Positions 1 to 9,272 of a stretch of DNA of 64,000 nt are shown one piece after another. The stretch's first letter is position 1; each line of letters opens with the position of its first letter. The notes beneath the pieces were generated by a model. It was not told the DNA's origin. It ran no database searches and was given only the letters and a program-made list of their open reading frames with translations. This stretch comes from a virus. Both the position numbers and the translations under genes were made by a program. The stretch lies in the UHGV virus genome UHGV-1451962, one strand, 5' to 3'.

Positions 1-146
1 TTTGTAAATTCTTTACCGCCAGTAAATGACCAAGTTTCAGGATTTTGACAATCTTTACAATGATTTTTACAACCTTGTACCCAAAAAGAAACATTTACTC
101 CTGGGCCATTTGCAATGTCATTTTCTTTTATAGCTGCATATCTCAT
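1..146 (-). CDS. nrdG: Anaerobic ribonucleotide reductase activating protein NrdG, N-terminal part (gene runs off the window start)
   Basis: Minus-strand ATG at 146-144 after GGGAGAT RBS; translation MRYAAIKENDIANGPGVNVSFWVQGCKNHCKDCQNPETW carries the NrdG GPG...GCxxxCxxCxN radical-SAM motif. Confidence 0.6.
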   Translation of the reverse strand, partial: MRYAAIKENDIANGPGVNVSFWVQGCKNHCKDCQNPETWSFTGGKEFT

Positions 147-490
147 TTCATTATCTCCCAAGAACAACAATAATTAGCACAGCAAGGAAGTATTATTATT
201 TTTAAAACTTCATAATTGTTATAGTTTTTAGATATTTTAACTTTATAAAATCTATAACCTCTAAAACCTTCTGACATTGGATGCCATATCCAATGTTCAT
301 TATTTTCTTGCCATTCTATAAAATTTTTTTGCATTTTAGCAATAGAAAGATTATTTTTATTTAAATAATTAATTACTTCTTGCTTATCTTCTGTAATATA
401 TACACATGTAACAATTTGGTTACTAACTGGATATCTTCGGCCTTCTTGTTTATTAAAATAACAAGCATATTTTTTTAATAAATTGTTCAT
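143..490 (-). CDS. hypothetical protein
   Basis: 115-aa ORF in co-directional array between nrdG and nrdD; no recognisable motif. Confidence 0.4.
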   Translation of the reverse strand: MNNLLKKYACYFNKQEGRRYPVSNQIVTCVYITEDKQEVINYLNKNNLSIAKMQKNFIEWQENNEHWIWHPMSEGFRGYRFYKVKISKNYNNYEVLKIIILPCCANYCCSWEIMK

Positions 491-503
491 ACTCTTCTAA
501 CCT

Positions 504-884
504 TTATACTGTGATTGTATGCTCATTGAACTCAAGTATAATATTTTTAGAAAAATAGTCTTGTAAATGTTCCATCTCATTTTCTTTCACAATGATACAA
601 TCAGCATTATCAGATGCATGTCCCCAAATATAGTTACAATTTTTTCCATGTATAGTATAGTAAGCAGAACTAATATTATCTAATTTAACTAAGTAATTGA
701 AAGCATCACTACTTTCTTTATTAGAATCACTGCCTTCTTTAGTAAGAGCGTAGCCACCCCTTGCTCTTACTTTACCAACAACAGTACCGCATGCCCTATC
801 TACAACATATGTATTTGAAATGCGAACTCTGTCTCCATAATAAAACTTAGACATATATTTTCTCCTTTTGCTACTGATTATCAA
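504..884 (-). CDS. hypothetical protein
   Basis: 126-aa ORF with GGAGAA RBS upstream; no recognisable motif. Confidence 0.4.
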   Translation of the reverse strand: MIISSKRRKYMSKFYYGDRVRISNTYVVDRACGTVVGKVRARGGYALTKEGSDSNKESSDAFNYLVKLDNISSAYYTIHGKNCNYIWGHASDNADCIIVKENEMEHLQDYFSKNIILEFNEHTITV

Positions 885-1048
885 ATATTTTTGTCTTATT
901 TGCCATTTTAGAAATCTATTCTTCTCCAGTACAAACTTTTGCCTCAGCAGTTAAGCGCTTTGTGCTCGCATCAACTAAAATTTGCTTAAATCTTTTAATC
1001 AAAAAAACATACCACACATTTTCCACATAAATGTTTGCCTTATATAGT

Positions 1049-3304
1049 TTATAAATGTTTTACTCTCATAGAGACTTCTTGCTGTTTACCTAGATTAAAT
1101 GCAGTTTTATAATCTCCTGTTAAATAACCGGTTACTCTTCTTAATTGTTGAATATGACTACTGCCACATTCAGGACAATTATCATTAAATTCATCACAAT
1201 ATCCGCACTCTAAACAAGTATCATTAGGTACATTAATTGCAAAATAAGGGATATCTTTATCCATAGCATAATTTACTATAATTTCTAATGCTTCTAAATT
1301 ATTTTTTACTGTTGAATCTAATTCAATATATGTAATACAACCAGCACTTGAATATCCTGTTAATTGAGATTCTATATCAATTTTTTCAAAAGGAGACATT
1401 TCCTTCCAAACAGGAACATGTATGCTATTTGTAAAGAAATCTTTATCTGAAACATTAGGAATAATACCATATTTTTCTTTAAATTTTTCCATTGCTGTAT
1501 AAGCTAAATTTTCTGCGGGAGTGTAGTAAACACCAAAATTTAACTTATAATATTCTTTAAATTCTGCACAACGCTTTTTAAATAAAGATTCAATTTTTTT
1601 TGCTAATTCCATTCCTTCTGGAGTGGTGTGATCCTGCCCAATTAGAATTTGAAGAGTTTCAGCAAGACCAATTTGACCCAAAGCTAAAGTCCCATGCTTC
1701 AGAGCACTACGGATACCTTCTTCTGGAATATATCCTGCCATAACATTATTTTCATACATGAATTTAGCTGACTCAGGAGATTGAGAACAAATCCATTCAA
1801 AGCGTTCAATTAACATATCTTTTGCTTCATTAATTTTTTGATCTAATTTATAAATAAATCTATCAATTAAAATTTGATTGCTATCGAAAGAATGATGATT
1901 TCTTACATCTTCCTCAAAATTAATTTTACATTCCATCGCCAAAGTAGGCATAATAATAGTTACAGGACAAATATTTCCACGTCCATCTTTACGTTGTCCT
2001 AGGCCATTAATGTCCCATCCATTAGCCGTTCTACACCCCATCGTCGAGAAATATGTACACGGATCGTCTGGATTATAACCTTCATTTCCACTCCAATCAA
2101 CATTTGCGTAATTAGGATATAATCTTTGAGCGGTTGATTTCAATGCTAATTGATATAAATCATAATTTGGATCTCCAGGTTTACGATTTATATTTTTCAT
2201 CATTTGGAAAATTCCGCAAGGGAAAATACTTGTTTTATGTAATTTTCCAATTCCTTTTATTGAAACATCAAGAAGAGCTTTAGTTACTAAACGTCCTTCT
2301 GGCAGTACACAAGTGCCATAGTTAATTGATGTAAAAGGTAATTGATTCCCAGAGCGTGATTGTAGTGTATTAAGATTGTGGTACATTCCTTCAACAGCTT
2401 GATAGATTTCTTTTATTGTCATATCCATAGCATATTTATATGGTCTATTTCCAATTCCTATCTGTGTTAAAAATTCAATATTATTTATAGAACAATTTTC
2501 TTTTAAAAGATTTATTTTCATTTCTGCGCAGCTACTATCAGACCAATCGCAAAAATATTTTAATCCATCACAATAATGTTTATAAAAACTTTTTCTTACA
2601 TAAGGTACCATTGTCCAATCTAAGTGAGTTGCGCTCACGCCGCCAAACTGCTGCAAAGATTGTAGCTGAAAAATAACTGCGACAAGTTGAAAGGCGGTAT
2701 TAACACTTTGAGCTGGTCTTACATCTGTTTGGCGTGTATTAAAACCATTAGCAAGCAAATCGTCAAAAGGAATAGATAAACAATTATGACTACCTACATA
2801 ATAACTACCCAAATCATGAATATAAATTTCATTATTTAAATGATTTTTTCTTGCCATAGGCGAAACAATATAATCCAAAGCTAATTGTTTTGTAACTATA
2901 TCACTTGCTTCTCCAGTTCTTCCACCAAAAGAAGATTCATCAACATTTGCATTTTGATTTTGAATATTGGAAGCATCAAGTTTTTCTCTAATAGCATTAA
3001 TAAAATCATTTTTCTTTTCTCTTGCTACTTCTTTTTTATATCTAAAACGAATATAAGCTCTAGCTACATCTCTTCGATAAGATTGCATTAAAAAATCTTC
3101 AACCCAATCTTGAATATCTTCAACGCCAATACTACCATCAGGATAATGCTGCATTTTTTTTTCAATTTCATTTGCTATATCTTTTGCGGTATCATCCTCA
3201 TATAATTGTCCATCTACTTCAATGAAAGCTTTATTAATTGCATTAATAATTTTATTTTTATTAAAAACCGCGATTGAACCATCGCGTTTAATTAAGTCAA
3301 ACAT
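1049..3304 (-). CDS. nrdD: Anaerobic ribonucleoside-triphosphate reductase (class III RNR)
   Basis: 751 aa; N-terminal ATP-cone, C-terminal Zn ribbon CLECGYCDEFNDNCPECG and glycyl-radical motif RRVTGYLTG. Confidence 0.9.
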   Translation of the reverse strand: MFDLIKRDGSIAVFNKNKIINAINKAFIEVDGQLYEDDTAKDIANEIEKKMQHYPDGSIGVEDIQDWVEDFLMQSYRRDVARAYIRFRYKKEVAREKKNDFINAIREKLDASNIQNQNANVDESSFGGRTGEASDIVTKQLALDYIVSPMARKNHLNNEIYIHDLGSYYVGSHNCLSIPFDDLLANGFNTRQTDVRPAQSVNTAFQLVAVIFQLQSLQQFGGVSATHLDWTMVPYVRKSFYKHYCDGLKYFCDWSDSSCAEMKINLLKENCSINNIEFLTQIGIGNRPYKYAMDMTIKEIYQAVEGMYHNLNTLQSRSGNQLPFTSINYGTCVLPEGRLVTKALLDVSIKGIGKLHKTSIFPCGIFQMMKNINRKPGDPNYDLYQLALKSTAQRLYPNYANVDWSGNEGYNPDDPCTYFSTMGCRTANGWDINGLGQRKDGRGNICPVTIIMPTLAMECKINFEEDVRNHHSFDSNQILIDRFIYKLDQKINEAKDMLIERFEWICSQSPESAKFMYENNVMAGYIPEEGIRSALKHGTLALGQIGLAETLQILIGQDHTTPEGMELAKKIESLFKKRCAEFKEYYKLNFGVYYTPAENLAYTAMEKFKEKYGIIPNVSDKDFFTNSIHVPVWKEMSPFEKIDIESQLTGYSSAGCITYIELDSTVKNNLEALEIIVNYAMDKDIPYFAINVPNDTCLECGYCDEFNDNCPECGSSHIQQLRRVTGYLTGDYKTAFNLGKQQEVSMRVKHL

Positions 3305-3366
3305 TATTACACCTCTATATATATTTTATTGATACATATTATATATACAAATTGTAGTATTTTTAT

Positions 3367-3927
3367 TTAAAAGATTTGTCCAGCAATACGTTGCACGCTA
3401 GTTGTAAAATCTTTTCTAGTTAAATTTTTTAAAACTTCACAATTAAATTCTGAAACAAAACTTCTAAAATCTTTTTCATCTGTCTCATATCTACGGATAA
3501 TTTCTTCAATATTAGGTTCTTTTTCTCTATTGAGTTGTCTTATCAATCTCTCCTTATTTGATACATCTATATAAAAAATCTTTAAAATAATATTTGGATT
3601 ATCTTTCAAAATTTCTAAACCTTCTGGATTAAAAACCCCAATATTAATTTTATCTGTATCAAGAGTAGAATAAGAAGTTCCATAACACCACCCGTTAAAT
3701 GAAGTAGCTTCTAGCATGTCTCCATTTAAAAGTTTAACCGCAAATTCTTCATTGGTAAGATAATGATAATCTTTTCCTTCTGTTTCATTATCTCTTTTAG
3801 GTCTAGTAGTACAAGAAATAATTGGATTTAATTGCGGATTAAGCTTAATGGCGGAGGAAAGAATAGAATCTTTCCCCGCACCACTTTTTCCTGCAATTGC
3901 AATAATTTTAATCTTCTTCATCTTCAA
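3367..3927 (-). CDS. Guanylate kinase-like nucleoside monophosphate kinase
   Basis: P-loop GKSGAGKDS and TTRPKR...EGKDYHY guanylate kinase signature. Confidence 0.7.
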   Translation of the reverse strand: MKMKKIKIIAIAGKSGAGKDSILSSAIKLNPQLNPIISCTTRPKRDNETEGKDYHYLTNEEFAVKLLNGDMLEATSFNGWCYGTSYSTLDTDKINIGVFNPEGLEILKDNPNIILKIFYIDVSNKERLIRQLNREKEPNIEEIIRRYETDEKDFRSFVSEFNCEVLKNLTRKDFTTSVQRIAGQIF

Positions 3928-6900
3928 TATCTCCCTGAAGTCTTGTATGTCTTAAAATTAAATCTCCATGTTCATCAATATTATCAATATGATATAATCG
4001 ATGAGAAATACTAGAAGCATATTTTTTACTAACAAATTCGTCCCCCCGACGAATACCCTGAATTAAAATCATATTACCTCTATTAAACCAACTCTTTTCA
4101 ATCACTTTCTTAGTTCCATCTGATTGACGTTCAGAAATTTGTTTATCAAAAACAGCGAAATGTTCCTTTCTTAACTTTACTGGTACTACTCCAGTAGTAG
4201 TTAAAAGATAAACAATTCCTTTTGGTTTATTTTTTGCAATACAAGTTCCGCAAATTTTATGCAGTTTATAAATAGGAATTTGAATAGCACCTTTTTTGAA
4301 AAACTTTTCTACTTCTGGTTCAGCAGGTAATTGCTCAAAATCAACAATACCATATTTGTTCTTATTAACATTAATCAATTCATGCGGATGATAATAAAAA
4401 CATAAAGCTTCCATTTCCCAAGAAGATAAATTACCAGAAGCATATTTTTCCCAATCTTTCATAAAAATACTTGTATTTAACTTATTTAAAATATTTTGTT
4501 TATCTTGATTAATCCAATTTCTAAAAACATCCATCCAAGTTTGATAAATGTTTTTATCCCAAATTTTCTTATTTAAGAAATAATTATTTTCAATCCAATG
4601 TCCATAATCCATTTCATAAATAAAATTTAAAGCTCTTTCATCAAGTTTATAATATTCATTGTCATATTTACATTCATTTTTTAAATATCTGTTAAATTCA
4701 TAAATTTTTCTTGCGGTTATTTGTTCTTCTGTTTCTTCTGGCAAAATTTTATGTCTAATTAATCCTGGAAGATTCTGTAAAGTTAATCTTGATTTTTTAT
4801 CACAAGTAAGCCACAAATAAGTAATCATTGTGTCATATCTAGGAGACAAATTATCAAAAGCACCGCCTTTAATCAAAGTAATCATTGCTTGTTTATTAGG
4901 TCTAACTCGATTGTAAAAATCTATCATAGAATTATAAGGACGTTTAGCAATAATATCTTTAATTAAATCATCTCCGACATTAAGCAAACTTTTTAAACCC
5001 ATCCAAATTAAATTCTGTTTTTCATCAGGAACAAAATTATATTGTGAATTATTAATATCTACAAGAGAAATTTTAATATTTGCTTTTTGCATTTTTCCTA
5101 AAGCAGTAGCAATTTTGTTATAATCAGTGCTTCCATCTTCTCCACCTGCATCATTAATAAGACAAGCGCAATTCCAATAAACAATAGGAAATTTAAAAGC
5201 TAAATTCATTTCTTGAACAGCAATGATAGAATAGGCAAGCGTATGAGATAGATTAAATCCATATCCTCGACTAGTTGCAATTAACACATTCCAAACATAA
5301 TTACAAAGATTTTGACTTAAACTTTTTTCTTTTACTTCTGTAAAATACTTTTTAGTAAGTTCATCATATGCAGCAGGATTTTTCTTTGCAATAGCTTTTC
5401 GCAAACTATCAGCAAAAGTCAAATCAAAACCACCGCACTCTGGAATTTGAACTAATTGCATAAATCCTTCCTGACTCTCACATATACCATAACTACCAGA
5501 AAGATATGGTTTAAGTAATTCTTGCTCTTGTTGAGTTAATCCATAGTTTTCCATTTCTTGATACCACAAATTAATATTTGCTTTAAAGCGAGCATATTTA
5601 TTTAAAGGTTGTTCTCCACCTTTTTCCTGAGCCATTAATCGAATAATTGAATTTAAGTGGGCTAAATCTTCAACTGATTTAGGGTGAGTTAATGCAATGC
5701 CTTGTATTCCACTTTGTTTTTCCATTTGGAATAAAGATTGAATTTCATGGTTATTAACCATTTTCCACATTTCAGAATCATTGCGTTCAATATTATATAC
5801 ACCTAAAATTTCTTCATAAGTTTCTCTTAAAGAACCTTTATCTTGAATTTTATTTGCTGCAAGTAAAAGATCGAGACAATTATGCATTTTATCCATAGCT
5901 TCAACGGATAATAGATCATACTTGATAAGACTTACATCTTCAGCCCGATGTAGATCATAACCTGTTACTATTGTTCCATCAGGAGCACGCATTAAAGAAG
6001 CGGACTCAGTAAAAGGTTCATCCACAAAAATAACTCCGCCTGCATGAATACCAGAACGACAAATCAAACCTTCAATTTTATGAGCTACATCCCACAATTC
6101 AGGATATTCTTTCATTTTATCAACAAAAGGTCTAATGATAGGATAACCATTTTCTTTATCACCATAATAACATTGAGATAAAGTGCGAATTAATCCTCTA
6201 TCTGCGGGAATAAGAGACGCAATATATTGAGCTTCATCTACATCAATACCTAAACCTCTACAAGCTGTTAAAATAGCACTTTTAGAAGTTTCTTTACCAA
6301 AAGTGATAACATTTGCAACTCTATCTTCACCATAAACTTCTCTTAGGTGAGAAAGAACTTGCGCTCTTTTAGATCCTTCAATATCTACATCTACATCCAA
6401 AACAGAAACTCGACTAGGGTTAAGAAATCTCCAACTAAAAGTTTGAACAGTTTCTCGCAAAGGATTAATTTGCGTTATATCTAAAAGATATAACAAAATA
6501 AAACCAACACCTGAACCACGACCTGGGCCAACTAAACTGCCAGCCTCCCAACAGCAATCAATAATTTTTTGAAGATTTAAATAATAAGCACTCCAATGAG
6601 TTTTATTTACTATTGATGATTCCCAAGTTTTATCCAAACAATCATTAATTGCTTCATAAGTCTTTTGATTTCTTAAAGTTTCATCTTTTTCTAATCGTTC
6701 AATAATAGCTTTAGCCAATTCTACATCACCAATATAATCAGATTCAATAAATTCCTTCAAAAGAGGAATATCATTTACCCAATCATATAAATTACTTTTT
6801 GGATTAAAAATTTTCCAAGGCAATTGTGGAATTTTTAGAGATTTCCGCAAATCATAATCTTCACATTGCGAAGCAATATAATTAATATTTTTATATGCTT

Positions 6901-7747
6901 CATCAAGAGAAAAATCAAAATGAGATTCAAGTTCTTCAGTAGTCATCATATAAGTTGTAGCATAAAAAGCATCAACTTCTCTCTCACCATCTTGAGAATT
7001 AAGATATGCTTTATGAATTGGTCGATCTTCTAATCGAGCATAATGTGAATCTGTAGTTACAATCCAAGGAATATTTAATTCTTTTGCAATTTTTAATAGC
7101 TGTTGATTAGCTAAGTATTGTTCATTATCTTTTTTCTCAGGTGGCTGCAATTCAATATAAAAATTACCTTCTCCAAATAATTTTACCATTGATTTACACC
7201 ATTTAATAAGATGATTTTTTCTTTCTTCATCTGGATTTTCAACTAACTTTAAACATTCTGAGGACAAAAAACCACCCAAACAAGCGCTTGATGCAATAAG
7301 ATGACCTTTATTATTATCAATAATATCAATTAAATCTTGATAATAAGTGGGGACTCTTCGCATTTTACCTGTTTTATAACTTCTTAACCATGCGCGAGTA
7401 GAAATTTCTCTAAGTTGTTTATGACCTTCTTTATCTTTTGCTAATAAGATAAAATGATAATAACTATCTTCTCCTGAAATAAAATTATCTTGATTTAATC
7501 CATTTCGACAAAGATAAATCTCATTACCTAAAATTAGTTTAAAATCAGGATTATCTTTTTTAATCTTTTCATAATAAGATAAGGCAGATAAATGTCCTGA
7601 TAAACAATCATGGTCAGTAATAGCTAATACTTTATGCCCCAAAGAAACAGCTGTATCAATTAAATTTTCTACTTTTATGATACAATCGCGTAGACGAATA
7701 TTACTGAACTCCGAGTGATTATGTACACTACCTGGAAATTTCAACAA
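3908..7747 (-). CDS. dnaE: DNA polymerase III alpha subunit-like replicative polymerase (PHP domain)
   Basis: 1279 aa; N-terminal PHP motifs HNHSEFS and LAITDHD; size and architecture of DnaE. Confidence 0.85.
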   Translation of the reverse strand: MLKFPGSVHNHSEFSNIRLRDCIIKVENLIDTAVSLGHKVLAITDHDCLSGHLSALSYYEKIKKDNPDFKLILGNEIYLCRNGLNQDNFISGEDSYYHFILLAKDKEGHKQLREISTRAWLRSYKTGKMRRVPTYYQDLIDIIDNNKGHLIASSACLGGFLSSECLKLVENPDEERKNHLIKWCKSMVKLFGEGNFYIELQPPEKKDNEQYLANQQLLKIAKELNIPWIVTTDSHYARLEDRPIHKAYLNSQDGEREVDAFYATTYMMTTEELESHFDFSLDEAYKNINYIASQCEDYDLRKSLKIPQLPWKIFNPKSNLYDWVNDIPLLKEFIESDYIGDVELAKAIIERLEKDETLRNQKTYEAINDCLDKTWESSIVNKTHWSAYYLNLQKIIDCCWEAGSLVGPGRGSGVGFILLYLLDITQINPLRETVQTFSWRFLNPSRVSVLDVDVDIEGSKRAQVLSHLREVYGEDRVANVITFGKETSKSAILTACRGLGIDVDEAQYIASLIPADRGLIRTLSQCYYGDKENGYPIIRPFVDKMKEYPELWDVAHKIEGLICRSGIHAGGVIFVDEPFTESASLMRAPDGTIVTGYDLHRAEDVSLIKYDLLSVEAMDKMHNCLDLLLAANKIQDKGSLRETYEEILGVYNIERNDSEMWKMVNNHEIQSLFQMEKQSGIQGIALTHPKSVEDLAHLNSIIRLMAQEKGGEQPLNKYARFKANINLWYQEMENYGLTQQEQELLKPYLSGSYGICESQEGFMQLVQIPECGGFDLTFADSLRKAIAKKNPAAYDELTKKYFTEVKEKSLSQNLCNYVWNVLIATSRGYGFNLSHTLAYSIIAVQEMNLAFKFPIVYWNCACLINDAGGEDGSTDYNKIATALGKMQKANIKISLVDINNSQYNFVPDEKQNLIWMGLKSLLNVGDDLIKDIIAKRPYNSMIDFYNRVRPNKQAMITLIKGGAFDNLSPRYDTMITYLWLTCDKKSRLTLQNLPGLIRHKILPEETEEQITARKIYEFNRYLKNECKYDNEYYKLDERALNFIYEMDYGHWIENNYFLNKKIWDKNIYQTWMDVFRNWINQDKQNILNKLNTSIFMKDWEKYASGNLSSWEMEALCFYYHPHELINVNKNKYGIVDFEQLPAEPEVEKFFKKGAIQIPIYKLHKICGTCIAKNKPKGIVYLLTTTGVVPVKLRKEHFAVFDKQISERQSDGTKKVIEKSWFNRGNMILIQGIRRGDEFVSKKYASSISHRLYHIDNIDEHGDLILRHTRLQGDIEDEED

Positions 7748-7769
7748 ATTATCACACCTTTCTTATTAT

Positions 7770-7798
7770 ATTATATCATATTTTTTTAATTTTTTAAA
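7770..7798 (-). promoter_or_regulatory. Sigma-70-type promoter (TTTAAA-N17-TGnTATAAT)
   Basis: Reverse complement reads TTTAAA, 17-nt spacer, TGATATAAT, upstream of dnaE RBS. Confidence 0.35.
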
Positions 7799-8991
7799 AC
7801 AAGAGTAAGTTTTTCAGATGCACGAGTCACTAAAGTATATAAATATCTTTTATGTTCTTCTTGTTTAAAAGGAAAGTTTTCTTCAATACCTAATACCTTT
7901 TGATATTCGCTGCCTTGTGCTTTCCAACAAGTAATTGCATAACCATAGTCAAAACTTTGAAGTTTGTAATTTTTAGGTAAAAGATAATAATTATCTTGAG
8001 TAACACTTGGCGTATGATTTACTAATTGATTATAATCTACATTATTCATAGAAAATAATCCTAAAAGATTTTCATCATCGTATTCTTCTGGCATAAAATC
8101 TAATTTAAGAATATTATCTTTTAAATTTTTATCATATAAAACCTTATAATTTTTGATAGTTCCAATTGCACCATTAATAAGTGGGTCTTCCAAAGAATTT
8201 AATTTTTTCCAATCATTATGCAGACAAATAATTTTATCTCCAACAACAGGAAGAGCACCTGAATCAACGCCCCAGAATAATTTGCGGCAAACATCATTTA
8301 AGTAATATCTAGTATCATTTTTAGCACAGATAATCTGATCTGCCCAAGCTAGCATACCTTGATTTAAATCAGAAGCACAAACTACATTTACCTCTTTTCC
8401 TTTAAAAGGTTTAATAAGTTTGCCATTTCTAATATCCATGCTTAACCTAATAATTTCACTTTCTTGCGCTTGTCGCATAATTTCATCAAGAAAAACATGT
8501 GGATTATTTAGAATATCTGTTCCTTCTGTTAAAGCAGGTAACTGACCAGGGTCACCAGTTGCTAGAACAGGAATGTGATGGGAGAGAAGAAGTTCCCACA
8601 TTTTTTTAGGTAACATGGAAATTTCATCTACCACAATAAGTTTATAATCATCAATAGTCAATTTAGGATAAAATCTATATGTTCCATTAGGATTTTTTAC
8701 AGCTTTATAAAGTAACTTATGAGCAGTCATTGCATTTTTATTACCTTTTGATTTTAAAACTTTAGCGGCTTTACCTGTATAAGCAATAAAAGCTACATCA
8801 TTTTCTTTATCTAAATTTAAAGCATCAATAATAAAACCTACTAATGTGCTTTTGCCAGCTCCAGCGTATCCCGAAATTACAGTATATGGTTCTTTAGATC
8901 TATATCTTTGTACTGCAATCTGCAATCCTTGGTATTGTTTATCAGTTAGAGTCATTTTTATCCTCCAAAAGGTTTTCTCTAAGAATATCAA
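7786..8991 (-). CDS. RecD/PIF1-like ATP-dependent DNA helicase
   Basis: Walker A GYAGAGKST, Walker B VVDEISML, C-terminal CWKAQGSEY motif; true start may be internal Met (MTLTDKQ). Confidence 0.7.
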   Translation of the reverse strand: MIFLEKTFWRIKMTLTDKQYQGLQIAVQRYRSKEPYTVISGYAGAGKSTLVGFIIDALNLDKENDVAFIAYTGKAAKVLKSKGNKNAMTAHKLLYKAVKNPNGTYRFYPKLTIDDYKLIVVDEISMLPKKMWELLLSHHIPVLATGDPGQLPALTEGTDILNNPHVFLDEIMRQAQESEIIRLSMDIRNGKLIKPFKGKEVNVVCASDLNQGMLAWADQIICAKNDTRYYLNDVCRKLFWGVDSGALPVVGDKIICLHNDWKKLNSLEDPLINGAIGTIKNYKVLYDKNLKDNILKLDFMPEEYDDENLLGLFSMNNVDYNQLVNHTPSVTQDNYYLLPKNYKLQSFDYGYAITCWKAQGSEYQKVLGIEENFPFKQEEHKRYLYTLVTRASEKLTLVLKN

Positions 8992-9178
8992 AGAAACGTA
9001 AACAATCTCTTCTCGCTAAATTCATTCGTGTTTCAAATTCTTGGCCATTTTTAACTTCATAAATAGCTAACATCATTCTTGCGTATTTATATCTTAAACA
9101 CAAACTGTCAAAAACATATTCTTTAATTTTCATATCTTTTTCTTCAAAAACTTCTTGCAACTTATAAATATCATCCAT
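8942..9178 (-). CDS. hypothetical protein
   Basis: 78-aa ORF with AGGAGAAAA RBS; first gene after conserved upstream element copy A. Confidence 0.4.
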   Translation of the reverse strand: MDDIYKLQEVFEEKDMKIKEYVFDSLCLRYKYARMMLAIYEVKNGQEFETRMNLARRDCLRFFDILRENLLEDKNDSN

Positions 9179-9204
9179 TTTAATTTTTCTCCTATTTACT
9201 TTAA

Positions 9205-9267
9205 AAATTACTAAACTCCATTTTAATTCATCGTCTCCGCGCCGATGAGCTTCCAGCTAAAACTTTC
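9205..9267 (-). promoter_or_regulatory. Conserved ~60-nt upstream element, copy A
   Basis: Minus strand GAAAGTTTTAGCTGG...CGGCGCGGAGACGATGAATTAAAATGGAGTTTAGTAATTT; near-identical copies at 48328 and 54625. Confidence 0.4.
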
Positions 9268-9272
9268 AAAAA

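Noticed and set aside
2885-3091. Plus-strand ORFs inside minus-strand genes (2885..3091; likewise 19316..19666, 19904..20149, 22040..22366, 38720..39004, 39213..39739, 59014..59418)
   Set aside because: Each lies wholly inside a well-supported minus-strand gene (nrdD, topoisomerase A/B, vWA protein and others) with low-complexity translation and no RBS; treated as antisense artefacts.
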